Origin: Prorocentrum cordatum
Taxonomy: Eukaryota
Direction: 5' to 3'
Assembly (NCBI GenBank): GCA_963575745.1
Contig: CAUYUJ010000181.1
Span: 558,001-622,000 of the forward strand
Length of the DNA: 64,000 nt
Shown: positions 48,263 through 60,224 of the stretch, piece after piece
Position numbering within the stretch: position 1 is the first letter of the stretch
Layout: the number at the start of each line of letters is the position of its first letter
Notes under the pieces: generated by a model
Database searches by the model: none
What the model was told of the DNA's origin: nothing
What the model saw: only the letters and a program-made list of their open reading frames with translations
Position numbers and translations under genes: made by a program

Positions 48263-50989
48263 GGGAACGCAGCGGGGCCTGGCGCCGGACGCGCACGCGG
48301 AGGGAGGGCCAGCGCGCACGCCCCCGAAGCGCTGGCCAGACGCGGGGAGGGTCTCGCTCGGCACGAAGGCCGGCTGAGTTCACAGGAAGACCCCTGAGCC
48401 TCCGGGAGGCGACCTGCCTTAGGAGGGCCAGGAGCATGAGGGATAAGTAAAGAAACAAACTCTATACACCGACGCTTTTCCCGACCCTGCGCTGAGATTC
48501 GCACAGGAGCGCGGATCCTGGTACACACGGGATCCTGGTGTGTACATGGTTCATTGTTTCCCTCGGAAAACGGGGGACAAGTGTACACCACACCACCCCG
48601 ACGTCGCCCCCGACCCTCAAAAAGTCATGGGATTGAAAAAAACAACCCGCCACTGGTAATGTATACGTTCCAGCTTCCGAACGAGGAGGTCTTTGTCTGC
48701 AGATGCATCGAACCGAGCCGCCCATCTGTATCCGCCCCCATGTGAAAAAGAGGGCCTCAGCAGTGAGGCCACGCCTTCTTCGTATTGTTAGGGTTAGGGG
48801 CCAGTCTGCCCTCGATGGAAGGAGACGGGTCCTACGGCGGATTCACGTTGTGGCGACTTCGGTGGCTCCTGACACCCAGGGGCCGAGAACGAATAGCGAA
48901 CACCGGTGCCGCATCAGATTCCCCGTCCCCCATGATCGATGATGGCGGGGGATCTGACTTGCGCTTCGCAGCGGTCGTCACCCGACGCGCCAACTTTGAA
49001 TTTCGGGGGCAAGTGGGGCGTTCCCTAATTGCTTCCGCATGCCGCCGCGTGGATTTCTCAGCCTATACCGACTTGCGCTTTTTCGATCGCCCGATCGTTC
49101 CATACTGTCCGATTCCGAATCGCTGGCGGCGCTCAACCTCCATCGCCCGCGGCGGGGTTCCATCAGACCACGAACCTGCCGCAGAGGAAAAGGGATCCTG
49201 GCATGTTTTCTCCCTTTGGGGAACCCTGGGGCCTTCTGGGAGCACCAGAGCCGTCAACAACACCGGGATCCGGGGCCTGTCTTCCTCGAGGCCCCCTTCC
49301 TGCAGGACGGCGTGCGGCCGCTTCTGCGCGCGGCCATCCGGTAACATTGAGTGCTCAGGTGCCCGGGTGCCTGGCACGGTCTGCTTGCCTGACGCCCTCC
49401 ACGACCTGAGCTCGGCGAGGTGATGGTCGCTTGGCTGCAATATGCTCGCTGCCCACCAGTGGGCCCTGGGAACGGCAGGTTTGGTCTTGTTGCACCGTGT
49501 CCGAAAACCTGGCTCTTGAATATGAGCAAGCTTTTCAAACAAGCAAAACAAACAGGCGCTGATCGCCGAAACGGAAACACACTGCGCAGGAATCATCGCC
49601 GGGAACCTGAACAAAAACAACAACAACGACGGAACTGGGAAAAACACAACGACAGAATTGGCAAACAAACATTGCAAAACGGAACCCGAATACACTTCCC
49701 CATCGTTTTCAGGGTCCACTAAGTGCTGCCCTGATTCTCGACCAGGAGGCTGCGATCAGGTCGAAGGTCAGCCGGAGGATGCGGGCAAAGACGTAGGATC
49801 CTCGGCCGCCCATCCTGATGCAGCAGCCGCGGCGTTGGGCCAAACACCACGGAATGCAACAGTACAATTGCAATGATGCATCCTTGCGGAACGGGTGTTG
49901 GGCTGTGAGTATCGGGCACACGCTGACATGGACTACGGATCCGTGGATCTGGCGAGTGGATCTGGCGAGCGAGCGCCAGATCCATGGATCGGGAAGAGTA
50001 CCCCCCGAAGCATGACGCCGGTGCCGCCTGCTTTGGCGGCGGAGCGCACCACTCGTGTATGGGGAAGGAGGGGCCCGTGGCAAACCCGCGCGCCTTGATC
50101 CATGTGGGCGTTTCCTCGGCAATCGCGAGAACCACGAGGATGGCAGGACACCCTCAAATACGCGCAGCCCTTTGGAAGTGCGTGCGCACAACTTGGGATT
50201 GCGGATGCCGCCAGGAGGAGAACGAAGCGGGGGCAGCAGGAGGCTCGTTTTGCGGACACCTGGGTCACGTCCAACGTCGGCTGGTTCGCCGGACTATCGG
50301 GTCGCGGCGCAAGAAGGTCGCAAGAGTACGACGCGCGAGCGGAAACAAAAACGAAGGCACGTCGCTAAAAACGCCTCCTCACCCTCCTCCCTGCATGCTC
50401 CTCCTCCCGCATCCTGCTCCTAGATTGTATTAGAGCATACAAGAACTTCCCCATAATACCCTAGACACTCCACCCAAGAGCAGAACTGTACAGCCACCCA
50501 TCCTCATTGTTCTCTTCTCCCTCGTCCTCGCCCTCGTCCCCACCACCCCACCGAACCCCAGCCCACCGAAAAAGACAGGAGCCACCAAAAATCTCCAAGA
50601 GCCCTCCGAAAACCAGTAGGGACCACAGGTACACTCACACACGCACACACACCTGAACACACGCACACACATCTTTGGCCCTTTGGCGTTGCGGCACTGC
50701 GCGCAGCGACAGGGCGTAGAAGGTTGGAAAGCAGCAACCGCAGGCGCGCGTCTAAGACACACACGCACACACATGAGCACACACTCACAGACACACACAC
50801 ACACACACACAAACACACGCACACACACGCACACACATACACACACACACACACACGCACAGAAACCTCTCAAAAGCCACCACGACCCACACCCTCGGCA
50901 AAAACCTTCTCCTCTTCCTCCTCATTGTCCTCCTTCTGCTGCTTGTACTCCCCCTCGCTCCTAAATCTCACGCAACCCCGTCTCTATGA

Positions 50990-51198
50990 GGGGGGTGTCC
51001 TGACCGAAACCGTGCCCGACAAATCCGCCCGAGTGTGACCGGAACCAGCGCCCGATTTTTTCCGACTGCGCCCGAGTGTGACCGAAACGGCTGGTTCGAA
51101 GCCAATGCGATTTCAGTTCATCTCGGCCACACTACGTTTTCGGCCACCACTTCGGGCACGTTCTCGATAACTATTTTGCTTCGGCCACACACAAACCC
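50990..51198. mobile_element. ~210-bp MITE-like foldback
   Basis: Left half has GTGTGACCG motifs, right half has inverted TCGGCCACAC motifs; GGG...CCC termini. Confidence 0.6.
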
Positions 51199-51651
51199 TT
51201 TTGGCTGACAGGGACCAGGCGCCAAGGCAAATCCTCCGTCTCCCAATCTTTGGCGGCGCGCACAGGGGGGTATGGGGAGGGGAGAAGGCTTCTTAGAAGG
51301 AGGCTGCTTCTTAGAAGGTGCTGGCCCTGCATCTACAAACAAGGCCCGCGCCTTCTACGAAGCAGGGGTGCTTCTAAAAAGCTATTCCCCCTCCCCCTGC
51401 CCCCCTCTGCGCGTGGCTGACCTCTCCTGATCGATCAGGCGTGCAAGTCAGGGGTGCAGGGAGGAGGCGACCGTGCCCCCTGCACGATCGCGCAGCGGCA
51501 GGCGCCGTGCGGGCCGCGCCCAAAGCGCGTTTGCCCGCGCTTCCCCTGGAAATTCCGGTCTGTGGCTGCTCTACTCCGAGACGCCCGTGGAGGCCAGGAG
51601 GGAGGGGAGAGGACGGCCCTCCTTCTCCTCCTCTTCCTCCTCCTCTTCCTT

Positions 51652-51693
<42 letters not shown>

Positions 51694-51739
51694 CTCCTCC
51701 TCCTCCTCCTCCTCGGTATTCCTCGGTCCTCCAACCCTC

Positions 51740-52628
51740 TTCCTTGATACATAACTCCTCCCTGTCGCACCCCGAGGCTGGTCGAAAGGGCGTGCCAGGC
51801 GTTTCGCTTGAGGTTTCCTCACCACCTATGGTCCTGAAGCTTGAAATGAACAGCAATTTCAAAGATGGAGGGCGGTCCGATTTCAAAATGTGGCTCTCGC
51901 CTTAGCGCTGCGAACGTTCATCTTCAAATTTGCAAGAGGTGTGCAGACGGAGTGCGCAACGCTTTCAAAAAGTGGCTCTCGCCTTGGCGCAGCGCGCATT
52001 CGTTTTACGCATATGTAAGAACTTTATGAAAGGCGGTCCGCTTTCAAAAGGTGGTATTAGCCTGAACAACGCAAACACTCGTCTTAAACAGTTGCAAGAG
52101 CTTCATGACTGGATAGCGGCCCGCTTTCAAAAAGGTGGCTTTCGCTCTGGCGCCGCGTACACTCATTGGAAACATTGGCAAGATCTTCACGGATGCCCGC
52201 TTTCAACATGTGGCTCTCGCCTTAGCGCTGCGTACATTCGTCTTCAATGGTTGTAAGAGCTTCACGGATTGAGGGCGGCTCCTTTTCAAGATGTGGCTCT
52301 CGCCTGTAGCGCCGCGCACATTCGTCTTAAGAGTTCGCAGCAGTGTCGGAAAGTCAGGATGCAACAGTCACGCTGATTCAAGGTGTTGAAGTCACAGGAG
52401 TGGTGTTCTGACACAATTCAGGATCGTTGAGATGCAACAGTAACGGTGACTCGCGGCGTTGAAGTCGCAGGACTAGCGTTCTGGTACAATTCTGGATTAT
52501 CAAGCAGTTGTCTTCCAACAAGGCGCTTCTCACAGTAACATGAACCCTTGTAAAGGGTCATTGAAGAAACGACTAGGGAGAAGGTTTATTGCAATGTCGC
52601 TGGAGAATATTGGCTTTGCACTGGTCCT
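51740..52628 (+). mobile_element. (CCT)n-embedded interspersed element, copy 3
   Basis: Same start, subrepeats (about 6) and ACTGGTCCTC end as 38890-39675. Confidence 0.8.
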
Positions 52629-53530
52629 CGTCCTCCTCCTCCTCCTCCTCCGCCTCCTATTCCTCCTACGCTTCCTCGGTACACCTCCTCCTCCTCCTCC
52701 TCCTCCTCCTCCTCCTCCTCCTCCTCCTCTTCGATCCTCCTCGGTCCTCCTCCTCCTCCTCCTCCTCCTCGACCCCACTCGCTCCTCCTCCTCTTCCTCC
52801 TCCTCCTTCTCCTCCTGCTCCTCCTCCTCCTCCCACTCCTCCTCCTCCTGCTCCTCCTGCTCCTCGACGCTCCCCCTCAACCGTGGAGCCCGCAACGCGG
52901 AGGTTCACGGTGGACGAGGTAGTGAGATTGGGCTCGGGAGCTTCGGGCTGCTCCAGGGCTCCAGGGGCCCTGAGGGGTTGGAGCGAGGAGCAGGAGGACG
53001 AGGAGGAGGAGGAGGAGGAGGAGGAGGAGGAGGAGGAGGAGGAGGAACATCGAAGAGAAGGAGGAGGAGGAGGAGGAGGGGGAGGAGGAGGAGGAGAAGG
53101 AGGAGGAGGAGGAGGAGAAGGAGGGGGAGGAGGAGGAGAGGAGGAGGAGGAGGAGGAGGAGGAGGAGGAGGAGGAGGAGGAGGAGGAGGGGAGGAGGAGG
53201 AGGGGGAGGAGGAGGAGGAGGAGGAGGAGGAGGAGATGGAGGAGTGCCCCAAAAGAAGGAGGGGGAGCAGGGAGGAGGAGGAGGAGGAGGAGGAGGAGGA
53301 GGAGGAGGAGGAGGGAGGAGGGAGGAGGTGAAGGAGCAGAAGGAGGAGGAGGAGGAGGAGGAGGAGGACGATGGAGCGGCTGAGAAGGATGAGGATGACG
53401 AGGACGGAGCGAGGAGAAGGGGGGAGGCAGACGCGCGTAGTGCGTAGAGGCGTGAAGTCACCTCGCCGCCGACTTACGCGGGGGAGAAGAAGGAGAAGAC
53501 GAGGAGGATGAGAGGATGAGGATGAGGACG

Positions 53531-53572
<42 letters not shown>

Positions 53573-53790
53573 GTGAGGAGGAGGAGGAGGAGGAGGAGGA
53601 GGAGGAGGAGGAGGAGGAGGAGGAGGAGGAGGGAGGAGGGGGATGGAGGAGGACGAAGAGGAGGAGGAGGAGTGGAAGAAACAAGGTAATTATAGTTTGA
53701 TAGAGGAGGAGGAGGAGGAGGAGGAGGAGGAGAAGGAGGACGAGGAGGAGGAAGAGGATGAGGAAGAGGAGGAGTAGGAAGAGGAGAAGA
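52629..53790. repeat. (CCT)n/(GAG)n/(GAT)n microsatellite blocks
   Basis: Direct reading; small unique islands are interspersed. Confidence 0.9.
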
Positions 53791-53964
53791 CGGGAACAAG
53801 GAGATAGGAGGGCAAGAGGGAAGAGAGTAACATTGAGGCGGTGGGAGGCAGAAGGGCGGACGAAGAGAACAAAAGAGAAGAGAGGACCCAGGAGGACGAA
53901 AGAGCACGACAAGCAGAAGAATCAAGACCAAGGACGGGGAGAGGAAAAAGCGACGCGCCCCTCC

Positions 53965-54168
53965 CTACTGCTCGGGGGCGTCGGGCAGGCACAGCTCGCA
54001 CACGCTTGGGTCCCTCAGCAGCTCGGCCCCGCGCACGCGCATGTAATGCGCTGGCAGCAGCAGCTCCACCGGGTGCTGGAGGCGCACCTCCGCCGTCCCG
54101 CGGTGCCGGTACTCGGCCTCGCCGTCGGCGCCCCTAACTGCATACCAGCCGTCGATCTCGCGCCAGAC
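53965..54168 (-). CDS. terminal exon of WW-domain-like protein gene
   Basis: AG|GTC acceptor at 54169-54170. VWREIDGWYAVRGADGEAEYRHRGTAEVRLQHPVELLLPAHY...stop follows a WW-like GW..DG..Y...T.E...HP pattern. Confidence 0.7.
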   Translation of the reverse strand, partial: VWREIDGWYAVRGADGEAEYRHRGTAEVRLQHPVELLLPAHYMRVRGAELLRDPSVCELCLPDAPEQ

Positions 54169-55159
54169 CTCAACGGGCAAGACACCAGGTCAGCAGAAGC
54201 TTCTGAAGCTCCGTGCGGCCGTCTTGGGTCGGCACTGACCCCCCTGGCGGCGTCGTGCGCCAGGCGGCCGCCAGGGAGTTCGAAGAATTCAGCGCGGAGC
54301 TCCAGAAGCGTATGATGACGGTCGGGCACTGTTTCATCACGTGTCGCTGCGGCGGCCCCGGCGACACGCTCTGCCTTCCACGGGCAGCGCGTCGCTCCAC
54401 TCCGCGGGCCGGGAGGCTGGAAAGAGCTCGGGACGTCGACGCCTGGGAATGACGGCGTGGACAGCGTGTCGCGCCGCAGCACGGTAGATCAGAACTGGCG
54501 GCGCGGCACGCTGAGCCAAAGTTCCTGACCGTATGTCTCTGTTGCTGCTTCTCCGAGTGGGACTCGGAAGGACATACTAGTACGAGGCGGCCTCCTCGGA
54601 GGCGCCCGTCCGACCGGAACATGTAGTACAAGCGTCCTGTGACAAATAATCTAGCTCCCCTCAGCAGTAGGGGTGTGGCCAGAGGGCGCCCACCACGGAA
54701 CTCATGCTACAGCATTGCTCGGCGCGCGCGTCGCGCCCGGTGTCTGAAAGACGGGTGGTGAGGATGCAAGACGCTTGGAGGCTCAAAGCTGGGATTTTTG
54801 GGGCGGCGGGCGACCAGCGAAAACGGCAAAAGGGACGGACGGGCCGCACAGGTCGGGGAGACGTAAGACTCGGGAACGGGGGACTCGGGTTGGCCTGACG
54901 GGGCCATCATGAAAATGACGAGACCCAATCTGAAGTTTGTCGCGAACTCCCGCTGCAGACATCCCACGAACAGTGCGTCAAAATCCGGGACACGCTCGTC
55001 AGAAAGCGTTGGCAAGCCCGAGCTCCGGCGCGCTCGAGTCTGACGCCTCCCCGAGCAAGCAAGGACACCAGGGCACCCCAGATGAAGGCGCGCGTCCTTC
55101 CTTACTGTACTGCAGGCGCGTTGACTGTATAGCGTGCTGCGGTGGCGCCGATCGAAGGC

Positions 55160-55345
55160 CTCCGCGTCCCACCGCTGCAGCGCCTCGTCCAGCAGGCGGC
55201 CGCGGCGGCCAGGGGCCTCCGCGAGGCAGCGGCGGGCGAGCTACGCCAGCTGCCCCAAGAATGGCTCCAGGGGGTGCGCCCGCGACGCCTCGCCCGTCAC
55301 GCGGTTCTGGAACAGCAGCCCGTCCGGGCCTCGCTGGCACGGTGT
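55160..55345 (-). CDS. internal exon of WW-domain-like gene, with in-frame TAG at 55241-55243
   Basis: PCQRGPDGLLFQNRVTGEASRAHPLEPFLGQLA*LARRCL...QRWDAE; the GAG|GC donor joins in frame to the 54168 exon. Not in the supplied ORF track. Confidence 0.7.
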
Positions 55346-55349
55346 GCGG

Positions 55350-56341
55350 TTAGGTCGGGCCTGTCCGCATACAGGCCGATCCTCGCTGAAAAATTCGCCG
55401 GCCCAACGGGCCAGAGGCGTGCTAAGATCTCCGGTAACTGGTTAACAATTTTCTAGTTCGCGCGCGCGGGGCGGCCCCTGGGGGTCCCCGGACGAAAAGT
55501 ACCCCGACCAGGTCCCGGCCGGGTCCCCCCGAGCGCTCCATGAGCGCACCAACAGGGCTCCGAGACGTCCCCGAGAGCCCCAAGAAAGGCCAAGAGGCCC
55601 CCAAGAGGCCCCCAAGATGGTACACGAGGGGTCCGACATGCCACAAGATCGCTCCAAGACGCCCAAGATAGCCCCCAGACGCCCCAAGAGGCCTCCAAGA
55701 GCACTCCCAATAGGGCCCCCGGAGGCAAAAATCATTGTTTTTCCATAGGTTTTTGAGAGATTTTGGAGCTTCCACCTTTTCGGCTTCCCGACGCCCCAAG
55801 ACGGCCCAAGAGGCCCCCAAGATCGCCCCAAGAGGGCCCAAGAGGCACCCAAGAGGGCCCCAAGATGGCCCAAGAGGGCTCGAAGACGGCCCAAGAAGCC
55901 TCCAAAACGGTCCAAGAGGGCCCCAAGAACGCCCCCAAAGGGGCCCCAGAGAGGGAACACGAAACAACATTTCGAGCCCTCGGCCCTAAGAAGCCCCTAC
56001 GAGGCCCCTAAGAGGCCCCAAGAGGCCCCCACGGGGCCCTCAGGAGGCCCCCAAGAGTCCCCCAAGCGGCCCCAGGAGGCCCCCCAAATGCCCCCCCGAG
56101 CGCCCCAGGAGTCCCCCAAGCGGCCCCAGGAACCCCCAAAGCGCCGCATTGACACCAGGCCCTCGGGCAAACGGCAGACATGAGACTGTATGGGCCGGCG
56201 GAATGAGCGAAGCGATTAAATAAAGAACACCTCCGAAACAGACCCAAAAATGGTCCCATCATGCCAAAAAAATTGTCTCCAGACTGTTTTGTTTGGACCG
56301 CTCTTGAACATTCCTCCTGTAGAGGGACAGGCCCGACTTGA
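55350..56341. mobile_element. MITE family M1 with nested CCAAGA-motif repeat (55450-56225)
   Basis: TTAGGTCGGGCCTGTCC left end and GGGACAGGCCCGACTTGA right end. Confidence 0.7.
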
Positions 56342-56962
56342 GTGACCAACCCTGAGGTCCGCCGGCGGGGCGGCGCGCGCGGACCGCGCGCGCGGGGAGG
56401 CCCTGGCGGGCCTCCCCCGGCGCGGGTGCGTCCCGCGCTGGGGGCCCCGGAGGCCCCGGCCGCCCGAGGCGGCCTCGGAGAAGAGGGCCCGAGGCCCAAA
56501 CTGGCGCGGGGGAGGCCCTGAGCCCCGCTGGCTCCAACCACACGGCGTGGTCACCACACCGTTCCCGGACCCCCGACGCCATGATCGTTCCATGGTCGGC
56601 TACACGCTGGAGTGGTGGGGTCCAGGGCTCTGGGCGGAATTTTTGTTAACGACGTCGCAGATTTTGCGCGGCGTAGGATCTCAGGGAGGCGGCGAGTCCC
56701 GAGGGCAACGGGCCCCGACCTCGGGGCCTCTCCGAGGGACCCCGAGTCGTCTGGTGACGCCCTTGGGGCCTGGGGGCTGACCGTGGAGCCCGACAGCCGG
56801 CCTCGAGACCCGTTCCCCCAGACCCCCGACGTCATGATTCTTTCATGACGTTGACCCTCAGAGGTCTCAGCCGATTCCCCAAGAAAGGTCCTTCATCACG
56901 ATTCGTTAATTCTTTAATGCTCCGCGGAGGGCCGGTGAGGGCCACTGGAAGCCGAAAATAAA

Positions 56963-58502
56963 ATTATCCCAGTGCGACCCTACATAGGAGTTGGAGCCCC
57001 TAGGAAAGCAGCATTAGTAGTAACAGTAAAGCTAAAGCTAAGCTGAAGCTAAGTTAAAACTCAACTAAAGCTAAGCTAAAGCTAAGCTAAAGCTAAGCTA
57101 AAGCTAAGCTAGAGCTAAGCTAAAACCTAGCTAAAGCTAAGATGAAGCTAAGCTAAAGCTAAGCTAAAGCTAAGCTAAGGCTAAGTTAAGGCTAAGCTAC
57201 CGCTAAGCTAAACCTGACCTAAAGCTAAGGTGCAGAAAAGCTAAACCTAAGCTAAAGCTAAGCTAAAGCTACGGTAACTGCTAAGCTAAAGCTAAGTTAA
57301 CGCTAAGCTAAAGCTACGGTAAACGCTAAGCTAAAGCTAAGCTGAAACTAAGCTAAAGCTAAGCTAAAGCTAAGCTAAAGCTAAGGTGCAGCTAAGCTAA
57401 AGCCAAGCTAAAGCTAAGCTAAAGCTAATCTAAATCTAAAGGTAAGGTACAGCTAGGGTACAGCTAAGCTAAAGCTAAGCTAAAGCTAAGCTGAAGCTAG
57501 GCTGAAGCTAAGCTAAGCTAAAGCTAAGCTGAAGCTAAGCTAAAACTAAGCTGAAGCTAAGCTACAGCTAAGCTAAAGCTAAAGCTAAAGCTAAGCTAAA
57601 GCCAAGCTAAAGTTAAGCTAAAGCTAAGCTAAAGCTAAGCTAAAGCTAAGCTACAGCTAAGCTCAAGCTAAACTAGAACTAAGCTAAAGCTAAGCTAAAG
57701 CTAAGCGAAACGCTAAGCTAAAGCTAAGCTAAAGCTAAAGCTAAAGCTAAGCTAAAGCTAAGCTAAAGCTAAAGCTAAAGCTAAAGCTAAAGCTCTCAGG
57801 GGACTGGGGGAACCGCGGGGCGGGGACTGGGGGAACCGCCCGGGGCGCTTTGCACTGCCCGCCCCTTTAAGCTAAGAGAGTAAGAACCCTTCTAGGCAGA
57901 GCCTATGTAGGGAAAAAGTGATTATCCCAGTGCGACCCTACCTAGGAGTTGGAACCCCTAGGAAAGCAGAATTAGTAGTAACAGTAGCGCTAAGCTAAAG
58001 CTAAGCTAAAGCTAAGCTAAAGCTAAGCTAAAGCTAAGCTAGAACTAAGCTAAAGCAAAGCTAAAGCTAAGCTAAAGCTGAGCAGCCGCTAAGCTAAAGC
58101 TAAGCTACAGCTAAGCTACAGTTAAGCTAAAGCTAAGCTAAAGCTAAGCTAAAGCTAAGCTAAAGCTAAGCTAAAGCTAAGCTAAGGCTAAACTAAAGCT
58201 AAGCTAACGCTAAGCTAAATATAAGCTAAAGCTAAGCTACAGCTAAGCTCAAGCTAAGCTAAAGTTAAGCTAACGCTAAGCTAAAGCTAAGCTAAACGCT
58301 AAGCGAAAAGCTAAGCGAAACGCTAAGCTAAAGCTAAGCTACAGCTAAGCTAAAGCTAAGCTAAAGCTAAGCTAAAGATAAAGCTAAAGCTAAAGCTCCC
58401 AGGGGACTGGGGGGAACCGCTCCCAGGGGACTTGGGGAACCGCCCGGGGCGCTTTGCACTGCCCGGCCCCTTTAAGCTAAGAGAGTAAGAACCCTTCTAG
58501 GT
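56963..58502 (+). mobile_element. two tandem copies (56963-57920, 57921-58502) of a Helentron/DINE-1-like non-autonomous element with internal (GCTAAGCTAAA)n
   Basis: Both copies start ATTATCCCAGTGCGACCCTAC. Subterminal inverted repeat CCCTACATAGG (56978-56988) / CCTATGTAGGG (57902-57912); 3' hairpin TAGGC-AGA-GCCTA. The family assignment is inferred from structure. Confidence 0.6.
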
Positions 58503-58664
58503 AGCGCGCCGCGCGGCTCTCTCTCTCTCTCTCTCTTGTTTTTTTTTCTCTCTCTCTCTCCCTCTCTCTCCCTCTCTCTCTCTCTCTCTATTCGCGCCCC
58601 TACGGGCCGCCGCCGCGGAGAGACAGGGGCGGCTCTCGCCTGCCCCCACAAAGCCGAGCCAGGT

Positions 58665-58816
58665 TTAAGCCGGGCATGTCCCCCTACAGGCCGATTTTGG
58701 GAGACGAACAAAAAAGCAGGAACACATCAAAAATGGTCAAATTAGCAGAAAATCGCTGTGTGTTTTTATATTAAAAACTATTGTTCCATATTCCTCCTGT
58801 AGAGGGACACGCCCGA
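58665..58816. mobile_element. MITE family M1 with perfect 9-bp TSD
   Basis: GAGCCAGGT at 58656-58664 and 58817-58825. Confidence 0.8.
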
Positions 58817-58943
58817 GAGCCAGGTGACGGCATCCGAAGCCTGTGGTGAGGGCACTGTTATCACTTAGCGGGCGGACCCTTGCACGCACGCGTTCGACAC
58901 AGGGTGGCATTCCGCGCAGCTGCCACTCACTGCACCCTGGGAG

Positions 58944-60159
58944 CTAGCACCGCTCCGCCTTGCGAGCCAGCCACAACGCCGCACACATGCGACGGACACG
59001 ATTCATCCGCTGAGGCTTCATGGCCTCCGCCAGCTCCTCCCTTTCCTGCGACGTGGCATGCGGCTCGAACACCGTGCCTCTGCCTGCACCTCCGAGCACA
59101 CCCAGCCCGTCGAGCACCAACGCCGCAGTGTCCTCTTCCTTCATCAAGTCCACGAGCGTCGCTTTCCCTTTCGCCTCCAAAGCGTCGATGATCGCCGCCT
59201 CCCCCATCAACGAAAACGACTCGATCGCATCGACATCCTGCGGACTGAGGCGAAACTCACGCACTTCGCGCACGAGATCCGCGAAATAGTCGGCAGCCGG
59301 CCTCAGAATGTCAATTCTCTGCCCCTGCAAGACGACCTGCGCTGTTAAATCGGCCTCCGAATGCGCTGGGGCCGCCGGGCCAGAGCACCCCGCCAGCACA
59401 CCACGGCCCGGGGGCTCCTGCCCGAGCCCCTCTGAATCAGATCGGCGATCGACGTCTCCCCACGCCTCCGCCTCAGGGAGCTTGACGACCCGACGAACGA
59501 ACGGCTGCACTCTCCTAGCAGCGCGCGTCGGCAGCAGCGCCGCGGGGAGGCTCACCCACTCCGCGTACTCCTGGGTGCCAGGCCGCTCGGCCAGGCGCAC
59601 GAATGACTGCTTGTACCGCGGCTCGCGCTTCGGCACCAGCGCTGCCGCTGGGAGGCCGACCCAAGCCGTGTACCCCAGGAGCTCGGCGTTCGCAGACCTC
59701 GTCTCCCACGAGGAAACTGCGGCAGCCCTGGCGGAGCAGGAGAATACCACCGCACCGCATGTGCACGTTGCAGGCAGGGCCAGCCAGCGGCCGGTGGCCG
59801 CGCCGACGCGCCCAGCCTTCTGCGCTGCCCAGAGCTCCGGCGCCGACGCGTCAGCAATGCGGCCGACGATGGGGGGAGCCTTCGCGTGAAGCCACGTGGG
59901 CTGCCCGCCGCGGACCAGCTGGCGCAGCGCAGGGAGCACCGCGGCCAGGCGGCCAGCCAGGGCAGCATCGCCGACTACCGCTTCCAGCGCCTCCACCGCG
60001 GCCGCCAGCTGCTCCTCGAGCCCAGCGGCGCAAGCGAGGGCGCGCCGCACCGCAGCATCGGAAGCCGCCCGCGCCCGCCGCGCCGTCTCGCCGCGCTCCG
60101 AGCGCGGGCGGCGGGGGAACCTCCCTGGGCCACTGGGCCCCCGCCCGTAGTCATCCCAT
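58944..60159 (-). CDS. intronless ~400-aa unknown protein, spliced-leader-derived retrogene
   Basis: Long open frame downstream of a spliced-leader relic, with internal repeat YTAWVGLPAA..SFVR / YAEWVSLPAA..PFVR. The nearest ATG (60159) is one base out of frame. Confidence 0.65.
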
Positions 60160-60202
60160 CCCGTGCGGTCCCGCGAGCGCCCGAAGCAGGCGAGACACAA
60201 GG

Positions 60203-60224
60203 CATGAGCCAAAATGGCTACGGA
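60203..60224 (-). other. relic dinoflagellate spliced leader (DinoSL)
   Basis: TCCGTAGCCATTTTGGCTCATG versus consensus DCCGTAGCCATTTTGGCTCAAG, 21/22. Confidence 0.95.

Noticed and set aside
54578..54636. Extra exon GRLYYMF... with AG/GT sites
   Set aside because: 59 bp would break the frame, and the flanking exons already join in frame without it.
55142..55456. + strand ORF APIEGLRVPPLQ...
   Set aside because: Antisense shadow of the minus-strand WW exon; the same applies to 53758-54315, 59020-59289 and 61329-62336.
57028..58397. True telomere
   Set aside because: Internal position, unit is not TTTAGGG, and it is enclosed by duplicated unique ends.
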